Shown here piece by piece: positions 54,205 to 64,000 of a stretch of 64,000 bases of DNA (position 1 is its first letter; each line of letters begins with the position of its first letter). Below the pieces are notes generated by a model. That model was given only the letters and a program-made list of their open reading frames with translations. It was not told where the DNA came from and searched no databases. Location of the stretch: assembly GCF_009914755.1 (NCBI RefSeq), contig NC_060934.1; one strand, given 5' to 3'. This stretch comes from the human T2T-CHM13v2.0 reference genome, Homo sapiens. A program made the position numbers and the translations under genes.

Positions 54205-55068
54205 ATATATTAAGACAGCTGATCAATTACTTTACCAAACATCATAGATTTTATGAAGGAATTCATATGAGAGGAGGGGACTAAAAAAACAAGTCACCTT
54301 AAAAACAGGAAAACATTTTTCTTTTCACAGTAAAGAAACTACATCAATCACTTTTTTTAAATAAAATTCTCCTTTGCAAATGTATATACTTAAGTTTGCA
54401 TACTAAGAATATTCTTTGTAACTGATTTCAATTACACAGTGCCAGTAAAGAACATTTTTCTCTAACTTGCATTAATATTGACAAAAGATCAATTAACGAA
54501 ATTTTACAAATTATTTCACAAAGATTACAAAAGACTCATTCATTACAAAACATTCACTACTTGAAATGTCAGAACAGTGTTCAACAGGTCAAAGAAATCA
54601 ACTGAATGTTTCTGTAGTTCTGATCCTTAAAATTCCTTTCTTGATGTAGTAGGAACTAAATTTGCACAGAAGCAGGGCTTTGGAATAGATGAGAAACTTT
54701 TCAGTGACTATAAGCAGAAACATATACTGGAACAAAACCATTCTTCAGTTCAAGTTACTATTGATCGTGATTACCTCACCAGTTAGACTATGGAAACAAA
54801 ACATAAAAGAAAATTAAGAACAATGAAAAAAAGAGAAAAAACAATAAGGGCAAGAAAGTAAAACTCAAAAATGCTAATTGTTCAATACCATGTATCTTAA
54901 CTTTCCCTTATCCTTGACTTTTATCTAAGTATTTCTGAAATACCCATACTATTATAATAATAATACTCTTATCTAAGTCTCAGAATCTAACAAGAAAAAA
55001 ATACTCGGTCAAGGTAAGCCAGGTTATGTAGCTACACAAAGAACCATAAAATCTCTGGCTTAAAATAA

Positions 55069-55410
<342 letters not shown>

Positions 55411-56139
55411 TGACAGGTCTTTTTTAACTCAGGGGGAATAGCACCTCAAAATGTTGCCTCAGGATCTGAGAACGGAAGAAGAAAAAAAAAAGACAGCTTT
55501 GAAGATCTCATACTGGAACTTAAATACTGCAGCAATATTAGGATGCACAATTTCCTTTCAAACATCTGTTTTTCTCACAACTCATTTATTGGCCAGAATT
55601 AGTCACAGCCCCTAACATGAAGGATGAGAACAAAAACTATTTGGCAAACAGCATTAATGACCAACACAGATGCATAAAACGAGTTGCTTTGATACAATGT
55701 TACATAGGCTTTGAGATTCAAGGCAAAATTTAAAGTAGCCTGCAGGGAAAATGTTGTGAGCAAAGGTTTTCCTATTCTAAAACATTTGCCAGTTGAGAAA
55801 GCAGCACCTTGGCATCTCAAACAAGTATGAATACTCAGCACAATCAAAATAAAAAACCAAAGCAAAAAGAAGAATCATCACTATGCCTCTTATTATAGCA
55901 CTATATTACTACAAATAAGAAGGTTTATGATTTTAGTATCTCTAACTGAATGCTCCAACAGCATTTAAATTCACCCACTCAATTTCCTCTCAAGACACCA
56001 TCCATATATATTCAACAAACCTATTCAGAGTTCCTACTGTGAGCTACTTGCTATCCTAGTAATTGTAAACAGGGAAGTAAGCTCTTATCTAAGGACTAAA
56101 AACTCTATCCCATTTCTAAATATCCAGATTCAATATTAA

Positions 56140-56890
56140 GAATAAAAAAATCATGTTTATTTATGCACAACTATTTCTAAAGCCACTTTTTAAAAAAGTT
56201 GGTATGGTTCCAAGACAACTCAATGGGGGAAAGAAGAGTCTCTTAAATAGTACTGGGACAACTGGGTTTCCATATACAAAAAATAAAGTTGGGAAATTAC
56301 TTCACACCATATACAAAACTAACTCAAAACAAATCAGAGACCAATATGTAAGACCCATAACTATCAAACTCTTAGAAGAAAACATATAAGAATATCTTTG
56401 TGACATTGAGTTGGGCAATGGTTTCTTAGATGTGACACCAAAAGCACAAGTAACAAAAGAAAACATAAATTGGGCTTCATCAAAATCAAGAGTGAAAAGA
56501 CAAGCTAAAGAATAGAAGAAAATATTTGCAAATCATTATCTGATAAGGAAGTTGTCTTAACAACATGCTACAACATGAATAAATCTTGAGAGCATTAAGT
56601 GAAAGAAAGCTAGATGCAAAAGGGCACAGATTATATGATTTCATTTATATGGAATGTTCACAACAGACATTTCCATAGAGACAAGAGAGTAGATAAGCGG
56701 TTGCCAAAGGGCTGGAAGTGGCAGGAAGAGGAACACAAGTGACTGCTAACGGATAGTGAGTTTCTTTTGGGGGTATACTAAAATTAGATAGGGGTCATGG
56801 TTGCACAACTCTGTGGTATACTACAAATCAATGAATTTTATAAGGTTTAATTTTATGCTATGTAAATTATATCTCAATAAAACTATCTAA
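56140..56890 (+). mobile_element. L1MB-like ORF2 end and 3'UTR, internally deleted
   Basis: aaactcttagaagaaaacata; tgctacaacatgaataaatcttga; tgtaaattatatctcaataaaa. Confidence 0.78.
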
Positions 56891-57153
56891 TTTATTTATT
56901 TTAGAGACAAGAGCTCACTCACTGGAGAGCAGTGGCATGATCACAGGTCACCGCATCCTGGAATTCCTGGGCTCATGAGATCCTCGCACCTCAGCTTCCC
57001 GAGTAGCTGGGACTACAAGGTGTTTAACACCATACCGGCTAATTTTTGTTTTGTTTTGTTTCGTTCGATGAAGACGAACTCCTGGGTTCATGCAATCCTC
57101 CCACCTCGCTTCCCAAAGTGTTAGGAGTATAGACGTGATCCACTGACTCTGGC
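56890..57153 (-). mobile_element. AluJ-like (deleted)
   Basis: Antisense Alu; aaaactat flanks. Confidence 0.8.
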
Positions 57154-57599
57154 AAAACTATTTTTTTAAAAAAGTGACAATGGCTTAACACCTACATTAG
57201 ATGACAATAAAACCAGTGCAGATGGTCATGAAAAGCAAACAAATTCAGGGATTATAGACTTTATAACCAAGTATATCTACTGGTCTGTGAAAGGAGGAAA
57301 TGACAGAGTATGAACAATAAAATACTATAACATATATTGACTTACAAACATTAATCACTTCTGCTTTCAAAACATTTGGAGGGCAACCATCTCATTCAAA
57401 AAGACCAACTTAATTATTGAGGAAGTTAAGAGAATAAAAGCTAAGGGAAAAAATAAGATTAATGTACAGAAATATGTAAGAATGACATATTGTAGTTTTA
57501 TGCTTTCAGAAGAGGCACAGTTATGGAAAATGAGGCCAACCTATGGGTATAACAGAAGGCTCCTAAAGTATGGTGGTTTCTGAGGTAGGGACTTCAAGT

Positions 57600-58820
<1,221 letters not shown>

Positions 58821-59226
58821 ATTGAGGAAAAAATACCATGAGACAAAAACTTGAAAAGATCAGATACAAGTTCATAATAAAAACACAGAGACCTAGAACA
58901 GCCATAAGAAGCATACAACATTGTTGATGTTTATTTTACAGAACTTTTAGATTACACCTAAAAACAGAAATTCACCGACTGAATACCTAAGATGATGATC
59001 ACAATGCTATGAACATTTCTTAATCTTTCATGACAATTCTAAGACTAACTGAATGATTTCCTTACACAGGAGATCTCAGTAAAGAAAAGGTGATGCTTTC
59101 ATTAACTGTCCTGAGTTCTTCTCTTCACTGTCAACCTACCATAGGTTATAAACACAAAATAAAAATAATCTGTTTTCCTATATACATGGATCTCAAACAA
59201 GGGATTTATTTATTTTATTATTATCA

Positions 59227-59699
59227 TTTTTTTTTTTTGAGACAGAGTTTTGCTCTTGTTGCCCAGGCTGGAGTGCAATGCCGCGATCTGGGCTCACCAC
59301 AACCTCTGCCTCCCGACCCCAGTTCAAGCGATTCTCCTGCCTCAGCCTCCCGAGTAGCTGGGATTACAGGAAAGCGCTACCATGCCCGGCTAATTCTGTA
59401 TTTTTAGTAGAGATGGTGTTTCTTCATGTTGGTCAGGCTGGTCTCGAACTCCTAACCTCAGGTGATCCGCTCGCCTTGGCCTCCCAAAGTGCTGGGATTA
59501 CAGGCTTGTGCCACCGCGCCCGGCCTAAGGGAGTTATTTATTTATTTAGATACTGAGAATTTAAAAAATAGCAGCAATGGCTTAACTGTAACATCAGGAA
59601 TAACTCATAATTCAATTACGTCATTCACAAACCATGATGATAATATTCATATCTCCTCAATGACAATTTTCAAACTCTACTGGGCAAGAAACAATGTAC

Positions 59700-59734
<35 letters not shown>

Positions 59735-60010
59735 AGACAGGGTCTCGCTTTGATGCTGAGGCTGGAGTGCAAGGGTGAGATCATGGCTCACTGCAGTTTC
59801 GACCTCTGGCACTCAAGTGATCCTCCCACCTCAGCCTCCCAAGTAGCTGATACTACACACGTGTACCACCACATGCAGTTAATTATTTTTTGTACATATG
59901 GGGTCCCACTATGTTACCCAGGCTGATCTTGAACTCTTGGCCTCAAGCAATCCTCCCACCTCAGTCTCCCAAAGTGCTGGGATTACGGGTCTGAGTCACT
60001 GTACCTGGCC
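59227..60010 (-). mobile_element. AluS (59227-59525) and AluJ (59700-60010)
   Basis: Antisense Alu dimers. Confidence 0.88.
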
Positions 60011-60329
60011 CATACAATATAAATTGAGTTCCAAAAAAAAAAAAAAGGGAAAATTAAGCTAACAATTTAGAGAGGGTATGCTGTGACTAAACTAGGAATC
60101 ATTTCAGTTACAGCTAAATGCTGAAATGCAAACAAAATATTACAGTATAAACGTATCAAGAGAAATCCCAAATCCAGTTTTTATGTTTAATGTCCCAAAA
60201 TCTAAATTGTCATATAAACCAACAAAACACTTCTACAAGCCAGTATTTTGCAGCTTTGGGGCTAACATCTATTGGGTACCCAACATGTACATTTTATTTA
60301 AATTTTAATAACAAAAAGCTAAAATTTAA

Positions 60330-61070
60330 TAAGCAGACTTCTGTTTTCAGTGAGATGAATTAGCAGAGTTGGCATTTATGTTTCTGCCTGAAACAACAAA
60401 AAACCTGGAAAAACAGATGAAACAATTAAGATGCAACATACGTTACAAACGGCAATGGACTAGGTTATGGGAAACAAATTATGTAAGCTTTCTGATCACA
60501 CCAGTTTAACTGACTGAAGTTTCCAAACTATCCTGCAAAGAAGGGGGAAATCACATGGGATTCAGGAGCCTTTGTAAGTCAAGGAGATAAGGCTAGAAAG
60601 AAGTCCAGGGAGGCTAAGACTCTGGAGTTCTCAGGACACAATACTAGAGAGGAATAAGCTACCGAGAGAGGAAGATTTCCAGAGGAGGTTCTCTCTAAGC
60701 AATGAGATAAAGATTGACCAACCTGGGCCAGGCACAGTGGCTCACGCAGTAAACCCTAGCACTTTGGGAGGCCAAGGCGGGAAGGATCACTTGAGCCCAG
60801 GAGTTCAAGATCAGCCTGGGCAACAAAGTCAGAGCGCATCTATTAAGAAAAACAAACAAAAAAAAAAGATTGACCAAGCCTATGTGCTTTTAAGAAGCTA
60901 CACAAAGGTGGATGAAACAAACTGAAAGAATGAGAGAGTGAAATTCTCTAAGTTCACCTGAGTTTGGAATAGTTCCTGTTCCCAACAGTTGGAGTGATTA
61001 ACTTCGTAATTTACAGGGCACTGAAAAAACTCACAAAGATTTGTAATGGACAAAAAAATTGCCCTAGAAT
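60330..61070 (+). mobile_element. Old L1 5'UTR-like fossil with a FLAM at 60726-60868 (TSD aaagattgaccaa)
   Basis: gacttctg...ctgcctgaaacaacaaaaaacctggaaaaa; ggaatagttcctgttcccaaca. Confidence 0.55.
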
Positions 61071-61747
61071 AATATCTGCTGTAAAATGCCCTCCTCACAA
61101 CACTTCCTCATACCAATAGCATATCTTTAGAACACCAATTAAAATCTCACATTGTCTGCGAAATAGCCTACACAAAAATGTTGTCTCTACTGAACAATGC
61201 GCTCAAGTATTTGCATTTGGAATAAATCATTTCCTGACCTGTAATCTTCTCATATAAATCACCTTTTATCATTCAGCTGAGATTATAACTTGCACTCCTT
61301 TACTACAACAGTGCCTTACAGATCAATTTGCTGTTTTCTGTATACATGCCAGTCCAGGATGTAACACACTGCTATTTTAGTGAGGTTCACTTTCACTCCA
61401 CAAACAAAATCTCCTGCTTGAACAATTTCTAGCTTTGGCTTATTTTTTCCAGAAAAGAAACAGTTGTACTTTTAACAGGCTGAATAATTGAAAAGTGGGA
61501 GGGAATGACTGAATAAATCAAATAAGTAGAACAGAGACAAAACTAATATTTAATTTGGAAAGATTATAGTAAACACAGATTGTAACAGCAAATAGTCCAA
61601 GAAATGGAAAATGAAAAACTTGGAAAAGAAATTTCTAATTTCTGAGGATTAATATGTATTTCTGAGTTTTAGAATATTCTACCGGCTCACAGTGTCCCAC
61701 ATAGTGACTCCTGAATTCCAGTTGAAAATGACTTAAGAGGGTGACAA

Positions 61748-62047
<300 letters not shown>

Positions 62048-62479
62048 GAGTGTGGCAAAATACTTGAGTACCCTCTCTAAATAAATACCCAATATGGTGG
62101 AAAGGTTAGATTCTATATTCAAAGAAAGGCAAAACCCTGAGATATTTTTACCTCATAGTTTTATATTCTATCAACAACAGTGCATTGGAAGGCATTAATA
62201 TCTATGAAAGAGAAAAAAGAAGTGACTTCAATATGCAATATGTAATCACAGGCCTTGAGAGATTATATGAGGAGGGAGGAGGTGTTAAAGAGTATTAAAA
62301 ATGCATATTTAAGTAGTAGCCGAATTCAACACAAGTTTCTGTTCTGTTTCACAACTGCAAATTTCTGTAAGCTAACCATAAATATTCAGTTGAATACAAG
62401 AGGAATAACAATTCTTCAATTACCTTATGTTAATGTAACAGTTTCAAAGGTGCCACAGTGAAGTAAACAATGACTCCAG

Positions 62480-64000
62480 CTCTTAAATTCCCCAAGTTAA
62501 AATCACTCTTAAAATCTCCTTTGAAGCTACTTACTAGCTCTCTTGTATGGTGGTGTAGCTGTTTCCTCTACCATGATTTTCAGACTTCTATCCTCTCATC
62601 TCTAAAAATCAGTACCTTGAAATCTGAACAGCACATTATACTAACCTACTACCATCAACCAGTCATCCACCACACTCATGCGTACCCTAAAATGTTATTC
62701 ATCATGCCATTCAATATTATTTCTGTCCTAGTTTCTGTCCAATAATCATTTCTGGTGATTTCAGTATCCACAGTGATGACTGTTTTAATTGTTCCATTTC
62801 TCATTTCTTTGATTTCCTCTTCTTTAATGATTTTGTCCTCAACCTTATCTCAACCACTGACTTACCATGGCATACTCTAGACCAGAGGATCTTTAACTTT
62901 ACTCAGGCAATATAAACCTATGGATTATCCTTTCAGACATAAGAAATCCTATCTTAGACCCTTATCATGGCCCCAAACAGCAATCCCTCAAAAATCTCGA
63001 TTTCAAGCATCTTTCTCTCTCTCATGCCACTACCTCCTATTTTTCTTTTTCACATTCAAGTTCCCCTGGACCTAAGATTCACTGATCTCAACACCATTTC
63101 ATTGCTATTCATCTCTCATTTTCTCACTTTTTTGCTCACCAAATGTAAAATCCTAGGTCTATCATTAGAGTAATTCATTTGCCCATCTCTGAATGCATCT
63201 TAGTTTTCCAGCCAAACCCCAATCATCATTAAATCCAACTCTCCACCTACTTTGTTTCTGTATCTAATCAATCAGCTGAACATAGCTGGAGATGAGTGAC
63301 TGTAGGGAAATGAATGATGAATTCATCAAAGATTAACGATGTCAGTTAAAAAATCATGACCAATGTCAAGTCAGTCTTTGCTGTACATAATTTCCTTATT
63401 TCATTCAATCTTTACTCCCCTAGATGACTATTTCATAACTTCTCTTCTCAAATCCTATCAGCTGCTATTTCACTAAAAAGCAGAAGCAATCAGATTTCCA
63501 CAAGCTCTTACCTCTCTCTCACTACCTAGCTACCTACAGCTATTCTCAAATACAGTATCTCTTTCTTCTCTTCTATTACTAGGGATTAAGTTTATGGTAC
63601 TATCTAAGGCCAATTCTACTACTACCTAAAGACAGGGTTCTAGTAATTCCTCCTTAGTTGCATCATCAACTTAATCCTATCTCTGAATTGTTTTCATCAA
63701 CATACAAATATGGTATATTGTCTTCCATTTTACAAAATCTTATCTTCCTCCTAAAGCTCTGCTCCATTTCTCTTTTTCCCAAATGCCTTGTCAATAATCT
63801 CTGTCTCCAATCTACTACCTCCAGTTCTCTAGTAAACTCACTTTATCAGGCTTTTGTTCCCACTATTACACTGAAACTGCTGATCAAGGTTACCAATGAC
63901 TCATTAGCTAAAACTGAATTGTAGATTCTCAGCCTTTATCTTACTTCACTAAGCAGCATTTGACACAACCAGTAATCCCTCCTCTTCGAAACACTTTTTC
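62480..64000 (+). mobile_element. L2 ORF2 fossil (endonuclease to RT), running off the window end
   Basis: ggtgatttcagtatcca (GDFN-like), catggcatactctagacc (GHTLD-like), actgaaactgctgatcaaggttaccaatgac (TETAL.KVTND) and cagcatttgacaca (AAFDT). Confidence 0.8.

Overview
Primate (very probably human) genomic DNA, AT-rich and dominated by transposable elements (about 55 Alus plus L1, L2, HAL1, MIR, Tigger, MER and LTR fossils). It is not prokaryotic, and I see no CRISPR, rRNA or tRNA. The only host coding sequence is one 165-bp phase-0/0 exon on the minus strand (6463-6627, VYVEFDDLEWDKREWVKVYED...QIQWPAL), which I recognise as an N-terminal exon (probably exon 2) of the JmjC-family gene JMJD1C. 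The rest of the window is its flanking introns. A processed PRELID1 retrocopy (probably PRELID1P3; 53263-54204, + strand, antisense to the host, 15-bp TSD) keeps an uninterrupted reading frame across the whole PRELI/MSF1 domain. I found no convincing novel biological system. The best leads are (i) the open-frame PRELID1 retrocopy, (ii) inverted Alus around a symmetric, stop-free exon (circRNA candidate), (iii) a ~3 kb repeat-free island with motif-bearing micro-duplications, and (iv) several unusual retrotransposition or rearrangement scars. Gene and repeat subfamily names come from memory of consensus sequences, not from database searches, and repeat boundaries are approximate.
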